64,000 bases of DNA from Parachlamydiales bacterium. Its GTDB lineage: Bacteria; Chlamydiota; Chlamydiia; Chlamydiales; JAJFMK01. Under the pieces are notes generated by a model. That model was not told the origin of the DNA. It worked only from the letters and a program-made list of their open reading frames with translations, and made no database searches. Position 1 is the first letter of the stretch. Every line of letters starts with the position of its first letter. Positions 16,587 to 25,920 of this stretch are shown here, in pieces. The position numbers were made by a program, and so were the translations under genes. Location: the NCBI GenBank assembly GCA_963765145.1, contig CAVXVG010000005.1:4007-68006 (forward strand). Reading direction: 5' to 3'.

Positions 16587-18077
16587 TTAGGACTTGAACC
16601 GTTCTTCTACCTGTTCCTTATAGGTGTCGCCGGCCTCAATTTTTTTCAAGACCGGAAGGTTTCTGATCAGTGAGTCTTCCTCAAGCAGGGTCTGGATGAA
16701 TGCTTCCCTTTCTTCGTCTGTTTTAAGAGAGGAAAAATGGTTGTTTAACCAGGTGACAGCGCGGTCTACCAGGGTGGGCGCTTGGAAGTAATCTGCCGTC
16801 GCAATGATGTCGATCGCGTTGTTTACATCTGTAAATTCCAAAAAGGGATCAGCAAGATATCTAAGAAGATCTAGGACAGCATCGGCAGAGACGTCTTGTA
16901 GAGGCAATGCTTGCATAGTTCCCGAAAAATAGGTAGAAAAATAATTTGAATTGTCGGCAAGCAGTTTTTGATCAGCGCCAAAAAGGGAGGCTATCTCTGT
17001 TTCCCCTTCCAATGTGCACTCAATTGTTCGCTCTTCTTTCGTCAGCTCGTCCCAGGTGATCTCTTTTGAACCATTGAGAAGTGCTAATGCCATTGCGGGA
17101 GACAATACAGCCTCTTTTCCTTCATTCGCAATTATTAGCAACTTCCATTCATCTGCTCCTGTTTTTGACCATTGATGGAGGGCTTTAGCGATCAACAGCC
17201 TGGGATCTTTCACCTCTTTTTCGTCCAAATCTCGGGCAGCAACTTTGAACAGCTCCAGCGTAGCCCTTGGAGACAGCTTGAATAAGGAGTTTTGAGGTGG
17301 ATTGAAGCCTTTATCTAATTCTGGGAACAGCTCTTTCGTAGCTCTTGGAGACAACTCGGACAAGATGTCTTGAGGTGGGTTGAAACCTTTATCTAATTGA
17401 TCTAATAAGGATGCTAGTTGGACGATGTGGCGAGCATGATCGCGATTTCTGACATTCTTCAATTGAGAGTTAGCAGCTTTCAGTACATCATTCCTTTGTT
17501 CCTTGGGAATGCCTAGAATTGCGTCTATAATATAAGATATGTGTTCACGGCTATTCTTAAAGTCAAAATAGGGAGCCGTCATCGTAAGAACAGACGCGAG
17601 TTCATCCTCAGGTATTTTTTCCAGAAGCAAATATTCCATATAATGAGACGCTACTTGTTGAGCTATAAGGCTCATACAAACCCTATTTGCAGCCAGTACG
17701 ACTTCTTTGTTTAAACTAGTTTCGGGGATTCGCAATAAACACCTCCTCAAAATTGAAGCATGATAAAAGTCTTGAAAAGGCAGGCCAAGCGAGTTCATGA
17801 ATATTTTCATGGAGACGCCTTCAACGTTGGTTTTTCCAGCCTCTTCCTCAGAATTACGATTAAAAACAATCTCTCCTATTGTTCTTAAAAAACTCTGTGG
17901 GAGGGGCTGAGGGATATTGACCTCATTGCTGTTGGGAGTGATGACTGCGCTAGATAATGCCTTGATGCGTGTTAGAAGATCCCCTTCTCCTCTCAAATAG
18001 GAAGTAGGATTATGAATGAATTGCTGGATGTTTGGATTGGAAAAATCAATCGTCATGATCACCTCCACGGTCATCAT
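16587..18077 (-). CDS. Eukaryote-like BTB/POZ domain protein
   Basis: Residues about 352-447 fit the BTB pattern: ECTLEGETEIASLFGADQKLLADNSNYFSTYFSG...LPLQDVSADAVLDLLRYLADP...AIDIIATADYFQAPTLVDRAVTWL. An internal 25-aa tandem duplication is encoded at nt 17247-17399. Confidence 0.7.
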   Translation of the reverse strand: MMTVEVIMTIDFSNPNIQQFIHNPTSYLRGEGDLLTRIKALSSAVITPNSNEVNIPQPLPQSFLRTIGEIVFNRNSEEEAGKTNVEGVSMKIFMNSLGLPFQDFYHASILRRCLLRIPETSLNKEVVLAANRVCMSLIAQQVASHYMEYLLLEKIPEDELASVLTMTAPYFDFKNSREHISYIIDAILGIPKEQRNDVLKAANSQLKNVRNRDHARHIVQLASLLDQLDKGFNPPQDILSELSPRATKELFPELDKGFNPPQNSLFKLSPRATLELFKVAARDLDEKEVKDPRLLIAKALHQWSKTGADEWKLLIIANEGKEAVLSPAMALALLNGSKEITWDELTKEERTIECTLEGETEIASLFGADQKLLADNSNYFSTYFSGTMQALPLQDVSADAVLDLLRYLADPFLEFTDVNNAIDIIATADYFQAPTLVDRAVTWLNNHFSSLKTDEEREAFIQTLLEEDSLIRNLPVLKKIEAGDTYKEQVEERFKS

Positions 18078-18288
18078 CCTAAAAGTAGTTCCTTTCTATT
18101 AAGAGGGTATTGATCCACTATTTAAAGTGTATAAAGGCGGTATAGCCCATCAATATAGCTTTAAACTTTCAATAGGTTGTAAATAAGATAGTTACATTCT
18201 AAAGGAAGCCGGCCAGGCGATTATAAGCCACTGCCAAAAGCCCCTCCCTGACCGGAAGTTGCGAAGCAACGATGAGAAGATGCAGAGA

Positions 18289-18339
18289 AAGATTCGAACC
18301 AAAAGAAACGCACGAAGTGCGTTTTATCAGGAGCAGGCA
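18289..18339. repeat. Direct repeat DR4, copy b
   Basis: aagattcgaaccaaaagaaacgcacgaagtgcgttttatcaggagcaggca. Same flanks as copy a, but the hairpin loop is inverted (gaa versus ttc). Confidence 0.8.
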
Positions 18340-18445
18340 CTCCAAACGCGCTGCGGAGTAAAAAGGGTTGGGTTTTGAGGAGTGGTCATTTAATTTTTGC
18401 TTTCACTTCTTAGAAAAGGGGGAGGGGGGATAGAATGGATGGCCT

Positions 18446-20428
18446 ATGGAAAACTTGACCCTTGATTTAAAGAAACAACTAGAAGAAATAGCGAAAACGA
18501 TCCGTCACCTCTCCATCGACGCAGTGGAAGCGGCAAATTCCGGCCATCCGGGCCTTCCGCTAGGTTGCGCAGAGATAGGCGCTTATTTGTATGGAAATCT
18601 TTTAAAACATAATCCCAAAAATTCTAAATGGATGAACAGAGACCGCTTCATCTTGTCTGCGGGGCATGGGTCGATGTTGCTTTACAGCGTTCTTCATTTG
18701 GCAGGGTTCGACCTTTCTTTAGACGAGATCAAAAAGTTTCGACAATTAGGTTCTCATACACCAGGCCACCCTGAATCGTTTGAAACAGATGGTGTTGAGA
18801 CAACGACTGGTCCTTTAGGTCAAGGGATTGGGAATGCTGTTGGTCAAGCCCTTGGACTAAAGCTTTTGGGCGCACAGTTCAACACACCAGAATTTAAAGT
18901 ATTTGATGCCAAAGTTTATACCTTGGTAGGCGACGGTTGCATCATGGAGGGGATCTCGTCTGAAGTTTCTTCTTTAGCAGGTCACCTTTGCCTTGATAAC
19001 TTGGTTGTGATTTACGATGCCAATAAAGTCTCTTTAGATGGCCCTTTAAGCGATTCTTGCTCCGAAAATACAGCCGAGCGATATAAAGCTTATGGTTGGG
19101 ATGTGTATGAAGTGGATGGTCATGAACTCGATGACCTTCACCAAACTTTTTCAAAGGCTTTGAAAGACCAAAAGCGGCCTATCATTATCATTGCAAAGAC
19201 GACTATCGGAAAAGGATCTCCCAATAGAGCAGGTACTTTTAAAATACATGGCTCTCCTCTTGGAAAAGAAGAAACATTGTTGACAAAAGCTGCTTTGGGA
19301 ATAAATGGGGAACCATTTTTTGTCCCACCTTCAGTCACATCGTTTTTCGATCAAAAACTCAAAAACGATCGCCAAAAAGAAACTGAGTGGAAAGATAAAT
19401 TTGAAGTGTGGTCAAAAGCTCATCCTGAATTGCGGAAGAAATTTGATCAAATGGCGCAAAAAAAGCTTCCGGACAACATGATCGAATTGTTGAAGCAAGT
19501 TCCGTTTCCTGCTGCTATTTCGACACGTAAAGGGTCGCAAGAATTGTTGCAGGTCATAGGCAAGGAACTTCCCTTCGTCTACGGAGGTTCTGCCGACCTT
19601 TCAGGTTCTGACATGACCTGGATGAAAGTTTTCCCTGCAGTGACTAAAGACCATTTTGAAGGAAGAAACATCAAATTTGGTGTCAGAGAGTTTGGAATGG
19701 CAGCGATGGCTTCCGGGCTTTACGAAACAGGGATGATCATCCCGTTTGTAGGGACTTTCTTGACCTTCTCAGACTACATGAGAAACGCGATCCGTCTGGC
19801 CAGTTTGATGAAGCTGCGAGTCGTCTACCACTTTACCCACGATTCGATCTTCTTGGGAGAAGACGGGCCGACTCACCAACCGATTGAACAACTCGCTTCG
19901 TTGCGGACGATTCCGAACCTCCATCTGTTCCGCCCCGCCGACCCCAATGAATTAATTGCGGCTTGGGTCTCTGCTTTAACTTATCAAGGGCCAACAGCTT
20001 TTGCCCTGTCCCGCCAAAATCTGCCAATTTTACAACACTCTTCCATTGAAGGGGCTCTTAAAGGGGGCTATGTCCTTAAAAAAGAAGAAAACGGGCATGC
20101 CTTTACTTTGATTGCAACAGGTTCAGAGGTTTCATTAGCACTTGAGACTGCTCAACTGTTGGAATCAAAAGGGAAAGGGACACGCGTTGTCTCGCTACCT
20201 TGCTGGCAACTGTTTGATGGGCAAAGCAAGAGCTATCAAGATGAAGTGTTAGGAAAGGCAAAAAGGGTCAGTATTGAAGCCGGAACCACTTTTGGTTGGG
20301 CCCATTTCATCGGACTCGATGGTGTTGCCATAGGGATCGACCACTTCGGAGCCTCTGCGCCAGACAAAGAGTTAGCGAAAGCTTTCGGATTTACCAAAGA
20401 AGCCATTACCGATAGGTTGTTAAAATGA
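18446..20428 (+). CDS. tkt: Transketolase
   Basis: SGHPGLPLG, GDGCIMEGISSE and THDSIFLGEDGPTHQPIE. 660 aa. Confidence 0.95.
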   Translation: MENLTLDLKKQLEEIAKTIRHLSIDAVEAANSGHPGLPLGCAEIGAYLYGNLLKHNPKNSKWMNRDRFILSAGHGSMLLYSVLHLAGFDLSLDEIKKFRQLGSHTPGHPESFETDGVETTTGPLGQGIGNAVGQALGLKLLGAQFNTPEFKVFDAKVYTLVGDGCIMEGISSEVSSLAGHLCLDNLVVIYDANKVSLDGPLSDSCSENTAERYKAYGWDVYEVDGHELDDLHQTFSKALKDQKRPIIIIAKTTIGKGSPNRAGTFKIHGSPLGKEETLLTKAALGINGEPFFVPPSVTSFFDQKLKNDRQKETEWKDKFEVWSKAHPELRKKFDQMAQKKLPDNMIELLKQVPFPAAISTRKGSQELLQVIGKELPFVYGGSADLSGSDMTWMKVFPAVTKDHFEGRNIKFGVREFGMAAMASGLYETGMIIPFVGTFLTFSDYMRNAIRLASLMKLRVVYHFTHDSIFLGEDGPTHQPIEQLASLRTIPNLHLFRPADPNELIAAWVSALTYQGPTAFALSRQNLPILQHSSIEGALKGGYVLKKEENGHAFTLIATGSEVSLALETAQLLESKGKGTRVVSLPCWQLFDGQSKSYQDEVLGKAKRVSIEAGTTFGWAHFIGLDGVAIGIDHFGASAPDKELAKAFGFTKEAITDRLLK

Positions 20429-21432
20429 AACCTTCTCCTCTCTTACAAGCCCTTTATGGCGAACGGACAGGCAGACCGCCTGTTTGGTTCATGCGTCAGG
20501 CGGGACGTGCATTGCCTCCCTTTCGTAAACTAAGAGAGGAGCACTCGTTTTTAGAAATTTGCCACGATCCTGCCCTTGCCGCTGCTGTCACATTGATGCC
20601 GGAACAGCTCGGTGTGGATGCCTTGGTCATATTTTCTGATATTTTAATTCCTTTAGAAACTTATGGGGTTGGGTTGTCTTATCCTGAAGGGGTGGGCCCA
20701 AGGATTGAACATCCTATCGAGCGTACCGGCGGAGTGGATGACCTTTTTCCTCTCAACTTAGAAGCGCTCTCTTTCCTTCCTGAGGCTATCAGACGGGTGA
20801 AGCACGAAAGCCCGTTGCCGGTCATCGGTTTTGCAGGCGGTCCTTTTACACTGGCCTCTTACCTTATTGAAGGTGGACATGTAGGGGAATTGAAAAAAAC
20901 CAAATGTTTCATGTTGGACGACCCGCGTGCTTTTGCCGCTTTGATGGAACGGCTCACACGAGACACGATCCGCTATTTAAAGATCCAGTTTGATGCAGGG
21001 GCCGATGCTCTTCAAATATTTGAAACATGGGCTTCACACCTTTCACCTTATCAGATGAATCAACATGTGATTCCCCATTTGCGCCTCATCGTCGAAGAGG
21101 TCAAACGGTGGCAGGTACCTTTATTGCTCTTTGCGCGGGGACACCATTATCCTGCGCTTGGCAAGTTGGAACCGACCGGCTTGAGCATCGATCACACTGT
21201 AGATTTACAAAAAGTGAGAGATATGTTCCCCCACATGGTTTTGCAAGGGAATTTAGACCCTGCTGCACTATTGTCGCCGCATGGACTAAAAGGGGAAGTT
21301 GAACGTATTTTGAACGAGAGAGAAGGGGATAGGGCCTTCATATTTAATTTGGGGCATGGGGTGTTACCAGAAACGCCAGTTGCTTCACTGCAAGAGGTGA
21401 TTCGTCTTGTCAAATCTGCTCACGGATCTTAA
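20425..21432 (+). CDS. hemE: Uroporphyrinogen decarboxylase
   Basis: N-terminal PPVWFMRQAGRALP signature. 4-nt overlap with the tkt stop. Confidence 0.9.
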   Translation: MKPSPLLQALYGERTGRPPVWFMRQAGRALPPFRKLREEHSFLEICHDPALAAAVTLMPEQLGVDALVIFSDILIPLETYGVGLSYPEGVGPRIEHPIERTGGVDDLFPLNLEALSFLPEAIRRVKHESPLPVIGFAGGPFTLASYLIEGGHVGELKKTKCFMLDDPRAFAALMERLTRDTIRYLKIQFDAGADALQIFETWASHLSPYQMNQHVIPHLRLIVEEVKRWQVPLLLFARGHHYPALGKLEPTGLSIDHTVDLQKVRDMFPHMVLQGNLDPAALLSPHGLKGEVERILNEREGDRAFIFNLGHGVLPETPVASLQEVIRLVKSAHGS

Positions 21433-22762
21433 GGTTTATGACAAACCGCTTCCACGGTATACAAGCTATCCTACAGCGCCTCTGTGGTATTCCCTTGCCG
21501 AAGCAGATTATGTAGAACATCTGTCCCGCATCGAGGGGCAGTCGGTCAGCGTCTACATCCATGTCCCCTTTTGCCATTCGATGTGTCTCTATTGCGGCTG
21601 TTCAGTGGTGCTCAACAGAAAACGGGAAAATGAAGAGCGGTATGTCGCAGCATTGCAAAAAGAAATACGCCTTCTCCCTTTCAAGAAGAAAGAGGTGACG
21701 CAGCTTCACTTTGGGGGAGGGACTCCCACAAAATTGACTGTAGAAGATTTTCAGGCACTTTTCGAAACATTGCAAGAACGGTTTGTCTTTTCTAAGAATG
21801 CAGAAATTGCCATTGAAATTGACCCCAGGACCGTTTTTGGCGATGGGGGAGAAAAGTTAAGAGGCTTGAAGCGAGTCGGTTTTAACCGTGTTAGCTTTGG
21901 CGTGCAAGATACCGATCAACAGGTCCAAGAAGCGGTTAAACGTCGGCAAACAAGGGAAATGACAGAAGAAACTTTCCACAAAGCGCGTGAAATTGGTTTT
22001 GAGGGGGGCATTAACATCGACCTGATCTATGGATTGCCTTATCAGACCGAACAGACGTTTAGGCAAACGGCAGAAGAGATTGTCACCTTAGGGCCCGATC
22101 GGATTGCCCTGTTTTCCTATGCTAAAGTCCCTTGGTTAAAAGCCCACCAAAAAGCGATTAAAGATGAAACCTTACCTACAACGGAAGAGAAATTTCACCT
22201 TTATATTGCTGCTAGAGAAACATTTTTGGCGGCAGGCTATGTGGCTTTGGGGATGGACCATTTTGCAAAAAAGGGAGATTCGCTCTCTTTAGGGATTGCC
22301 AATGGGACGTTGGGACGTAATTTTCAAGGTTATACGGTGAAAGCTTCTCCGTTATTAATTCCTCTTGGTCTTACGGCTGTCGGCGATTTAGGCTCCGGCT
22401 ATTTCCAAAACGAAAAAGAATTAGACGATTATTATGGGGCGCTGGAACAAAACAGACTGCCGATTCATCGAGGAATGATTTTGAAGCCGGAAGATCAATT
22501 GAGAAGGTATGTGATTCACACCTTGATGTGCCGTTTCAAACTGGATAAAAAGGAATTCGAATTGCTTTATCATGAGCAGTTTGATGTCCACTTTGCAAAA
22601 GAGGTGCAGGTGCTTCAACCTTTTATCGATAATGGCTTTGTGATCGACACATCAAACGAGCTACAGATCGTTGCCAACGGGCAGTTATTTGTCAGAAATA
22701 TTGTGTCTGTTTTCGACGAATACCTCCCTTCCCAAAAACACCATTTTTCCAAAGCTGTCTAG
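21407..22762 (+). CDS. hemN: Oxygen-independent coproporphyrinogen III oxidase (radical SAM)
   Basis: YIHVPFCHSMCLYCGC (CxxxCxxC), GGGTP and a HemN C-terminal domain. The track start is a TTG overlapping the hemE end, so the start is uncertain. Confidence 0.88.
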   Translation: MSNLLTDLKVYDKPLPRYTSYPTAPLWYSLAEADYVEHLSRIEGQSVSVYIHVPFCHSMCLYCGCSVVLNRKRENEERYVAALQKEIRLLPFKKKEVTQLHFGGGTPTKLTVEDFQALFETLQERFVFSKNAEIAIEIDPRTVFGDGGEKLRGLKRVGFNRVSFGVQDTDQQVQEAVKRRQTREMTEETFHKAREIGFEGGINIDLIYGLPYQTEQTFRQTAEEIVTLGPDRIALFSYAKVPWLKAHQKAIKDETLPTTEEKFHLYIAARETFLAAGYVALGMDHFAKKGDSLSLGIANGTLGRNFQGYTVKASPLLIPLGLTAVGDLGSGYFQNEKELDDYYGALEQNRLPIHRGMILKPEDQLRRYVIHTLMCRFKLDKKEFELLYHEQFDVHFAKEVQVLQPFIDNGFVIDTSNELQIVANGQLFVRNIVSVFDEYLPSQKHHFSKAV

Positions 22763-22766
22763 TGGC

Positions 22767-22927
22767 AAAAGCATCCTAAAAATTAACAGGGTGAACAGGA
22801 TGAACAGGATAAGCTCCGCCTATAAAAAGCAGTTCCTTTTGTAGACATAAATGAAAAGAGTGGACTTCGCCTATAAAAGCGCTCTATAAAGCTAGGCGGA
22901 GCTTATCCTGTTCACCCTGTTAATTTT
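22767..22927. repeat. MITE-like inverted repeat, family B
   Basis: Left arm aaaagcatcctaaaaattaacagggtgaacaggatgaacaggataagctccgcc; right arm ggcggagcttatcctgttcaccctgttaatttt. Confidence 0.85.
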
Positions 22928-22961
22928 ATATTATAACCAAAAAACCTTAGGTTGCGGCGTA

Positions 22962-23046
22962 TGCCCGTGCCCGATTTTTTACCAAAAAGGTTTTAGGCAA
23001 AGGGGTAAGGGGAAGGTTTTTTTCGGGCAAGGGCACGGGCAAGGGT
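22962..23046. repeat. Small palindrome with GCCCGTGCCC arms
   Basis: gcccgtgcccgatttttt ... ttttttcgggcaagggcacgggc. Related motif cccttgcccgtgcccttgcccgaaaa at 15449-15473 and gagggcacggg at about 52698. Confidence 0.6.
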
Positions 23047-23065
23047 TGTTTCTTCTTGAAGAGAG

Positions 23066-23128
23066 ATGTGGAGATGGCTACGATGAAGTGTTGAAGTGAG
23101 GGTAGAATGAAACGTTCGTTATTGGCTT
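23066..23128. repeat. Direct repeat DR2, copy a (degenerate copy of the 5' end of the TPR gene)
   Basis: atgtggagatggctacgatga...atgaaacgttcgttattggctt matches 25004-25066. Here it reads MKRSLLA-stop. Confidence 0.75.
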
Positions 23129-24263
23129 AATCCGATTTTTGCAAGTGGCTAATAAGTGCTTGTCGTGCTTTCTTTAAAGTATTCTGATTGTAGCCAACGA
23201 AACCAGTTTGGGTGTACATAGAGTCATCCATCAATTTTTTCCATATCCATGCGTAAAGCGCAAAAATGTCGTCGAGATCATCCTCATCTTTTTTAGAGAG
23301 TGAGTCGTTTGAACTATGTAAGCAAAAACGGTAGCGGGTTGTGCTTTTTTCAATGTTGTATGTTTGATCATCAAAGAAGATATTTGTATGTAAGATGCAG
23401 AATGGTGCAATCCTGCTTAGCAAGTCAATTTTGTACGTCGATTCAGGAATATTAGAAACATCGAGTAACCCAATCGGTAAACTTGTCGGAATCTTCGTTC
23501 CAAGGTCTTCAAAATTCCCTATCACTGACACGATGTTCCCAGACAGGGCATAGTGGTGTAGTTGTTTAAATTGTAGGTCGTTTTGGTGATACCCTACTCC
23601 TTCAAAAGCCCCTGTTGTGTTATTCCTCCAATAGTTACGTGGAGAGAAATAGACTTTGGCGCAACTCTCTAAATTTTTTTCATAGTATTTTTTGATCCGA
23701 TCGGGCAATGAGCCTATTGCGAGCTTCTCTCTTATTTGCTCAACTCTCTTTCCAAAGGGGAGACAATTTTTCTTGTTAAAATCATAAATAGGCTCATTAC
23801 TTGGCCATTTTCTCTTAATCAGTTGAGGCACACTTTCTATTTGCTGCTCTGAAATAGGTTCAGAAAGCTGCTGAAATGCCTCTTTTGTTTCAGAAATTGC
23901 CAGCAATAGTACAAGAAAATCGTTGTAAGCTTTAATGCAATGGTTGAGATCAACAATCACTACACCCTGTGTCTTCGCCGGGTCTGCCAAAGCAAGTGTA
24001 AAGAAATTTCTTTCCGCCCCTGTGCCAATCGTATAACCATGCGGCACACTTTTTAGATGAGATGCCATCCGTTCAGGATATGTCTCATTGGGGGATAGAT
24101 AGATGTGATAAGGGTTGTTTTCGATATCCAGAGAGAATTTTTCAGAGTAAGACTCTTCAAAGAGGTGCCAGAGTGATTTTTCGACATTTTTTCTAATTTG
24201 TAAAGGTTGGGCAGGAGGCTGGGCTTGGTTCTGGGAACTAAAATAGATATCTACTATGTGCAT
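23127..24263 (-). CDS. Hypothetical protein (378 aa), AT-rich cargo ORF
   Basis: Uninterrupted ORF with ATG start and no motif I recognise. Its stop codon overlaps the end of DR2 copy a. Confidence 0.5.
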   Translation of the reverse strand: MHIVDIYFSSQNQAQPPAQPLQIRKNVEKSLWHLFEESYSEKFSLDIENNPYHIYLSPNETYPERMASHLKSVPHGYTIGTGAERNFFTLALADPAKTQGVVIVDLNHCIKAYNDFLVLLLAISETKEAFQQLSEPISEQQIESVPQLIKRKWPSNEPIYDFNKKNCLPFGKRVEQIREKLAIGSLPDRIKKYYEKNLESCAKVYFSPRNYWRNNTTGAFEGVGYHQNDLQFKQLHHYALSGNIVSVIGNFEDLGTKIPTSLPIGLLDVSNIPESTYKIDLLSRIAPFCILHTNIFFDDQTYNIEKSTTRYRFCLHSSNDSLSKKDEDDLDDIFALYAWIWKKLMDDSMYTQTGFVGYNQNTLKKARQALISHLQKSD

Positions 24264-24389
24264 ATTTACCGATTCCTAATCCTTATGCAACAATTTTACC
24301 AATGCAATTAATTAATTTAATTAGGAGAGGGTTAATTTTTGATTAATAGCTTTTTCGTTAAAACCCCATGTTTCCAAAGCTGTTTAATT

Positions 24390-24944
24390 CGCGAAGCGTT
24401 TGGAGTTGTTGCATAATTCCTTGTAATGTTTCGTCTCTCCTGCAGCCCTTCAGGCTGCCATATAAATTTTCGTCCTGGACCCGGGGCGTTGCCCACGGGC
24501 TGTTGCAGTTTTGGCCTTTCAGGCCAAGGGAAAAGCATATATTGCGAAGGTTTTCCGGCTGAAAGCCGGATAGTTGCAACAGCCCGCGGGCAACGCCCCG
24601 GGTTAAGTTGGAAAATAAAATTGGCAGCCTGTAAGGTTGCAGGAATAAAGAAGCGCAGTGAACAATTATGCAACAAGGCCGTGCTCCTGAGCCTGTTTAG
24701 CTTTGACTTATCAGTAAAAGTGAAAGCTAAACAAGAGTTTAGCACTCCTGAGTAAGCGCTCTCAACAACAAAGGATTTCAATTTAGCAAAGCATCTCCGT
24801 GTTCTCTGTGCCTCTGTGTTTAAAACTTTTTAAAAAATTAAAACACAGAGACACAGAGATAACAGAGGAAGATAGAAAGAGAAATACATTCTTACTTCAG
24901 GATCCGAGGGACGAGAGTCTCTTCCTTGCTCCAAACGCTTCGCG
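24390..24944. repeat. Composite family G repeat carrying one nested family D palindrome
   Basis: Termini cgcgaagcgtttggag / ctccaaacgcttcgcg. D element (ctgcagcccttcaggctgcc...) inserted at ttgttgcataatt/aattatgcaacaa. Also contains a cacagag hairpin at about 24795-24880. Confidence 0.85.
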
Positions 24945-25003
24945 GAAGAAAAAACTTTTAGGCTTCAAGCGCATCACAGAGGCTGCAAACATTTCGCGTT
25001 AAA

Positions 25004-25066
25004 ATGTGGAGGTGGCTACGATGAGAGATTGAGGTGAAAACATGATGAAACGTTCGTTATTGGCTT
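25004..25066. repeat. Direct repeat DR2, copy b (true 5' end of the TPR gene)
   Basis: See DR2 copy a. Confidence 0.75.
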
Positions 25067-25860
25067 TAACGCTGTGTATCGGTGGATTGCAGGCTGACTG
25101 GTGGGATTCTGTCACAAACGTTTTAGGCCCAAGTGGGCAAGAAGAAGAATCTGGCCCTTCTTCTGACGACAAGCTGAAAATTTTGAACGCGGCGATCAGC
25201 TCCAATACCTTGCCGCCAAATCTACAGATGTCGTTGTTAGTCGAAAGGGGCAACATCTATCTCGATAACCAACAGTATCAATTGGCTCTGAACGACTTTA
25301 ATGCGGTATTAGCAAGAAAACCTGAAGACAAAGAGACCCTTTTAGAAGCATTAGCGGGCCAGGCTAAAGCACAATTAGCTTTGGGAAAAACCGATCAATA
25401 TTTGGCAACTCGTACCATCTTGATCAACATGGCGCCACCTGAAGGGTATCCGGTCGAGTCCGATTACTATTACCTTGTAACGTTTCCGGACACATGGGGC
25501 GGACCCAATTGGTGGAGAAACCCTGCCTGGAGAACCCCCTATCACCAATGGTTACGTAATAACCACTCCCACTCGCCAAGCGTTGTCTTCTCTAAAAACA
25601 ACGTCAATGTTGTTAAAAAGCCAATGATTAAAACTGTTCCTTCCGCACAGCCTGTAAAACCTGCCACACCTGTAAAAAGTGTGGAAGAGGCAAAAAAGAG
25701 GATGGGTGAAAAATTGCCAGAGACAATGCCTGCCGAAAAGCCTATGATGGAAAGAGAAAGGGAAGCTCAACGTTCTACTGAACGGGTGGACGAGCCCCAA
25801 AGCAGACCGGCGGCTCCGGAAGCCAGACCCGGTCCCGACCGTCCGGGCAGTAATAGATAA
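25042..25860 (+). CDS. Secreted TPR-like protein with Pro/charge-rich C-terminus
   Basis: Signal peptide MMKRSLLALTLCIGGLQA. TPR-like segment RGNIYLDNQQYQLALNDFNAVLARKPEDKE. Confidence 0.6.
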   Translation: MMKRSLLALTLCIGGLQADWWDSVTNVLGPSGQEEESGPSSDDKLKILNAAISSNTLPPNLQMSLLVERGNIYLDNQQYQLALNDFNAVLARKPEDKETLLEALAGQAKAQLALGKTDQYLATRTILINMAPPEGYPVESDYYYLVTFPDTWGGPNWWRNPAWRTPYHQWLRNNHSHSPSVVFSKNNVNVVKKPMIKTVPSAQPVKPATPVKSVEEAKKRMGEKLPETMPAEKPMMEREREAQRSTERVDEPQSRPAAPEARPGPDRPGSNR

Positions 25861-25920
25861 ACTGAAAGTTGAAAATTAAAGGGGTCCTCCCTAGAGTTCA
25901 AGAAAAGATAGAGATCATCC

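Noticed and set aside
18289-18300. The attcgaac motif in DR4 as a remnant of a tRNA T-arm, which would imply tRNA-targeted integration.
   Set aside because: There is no complementary T-stem, acceptor stem or CCA-proximal sequence around it. I could not fold any cloverleaf here or elsewhere in the window.
24332-24781. ORFs MKSFVVESAYSGVLNSC... (149 aa here, 69 aa at 52192-52401) and several overlapping ORFs in 24358-24755.
   Set aside because: They are encoded by the nested G/D palindromic repeats. The reading frames differ between the two copies after the first 17 residues. These are repeat-derived artefacts.
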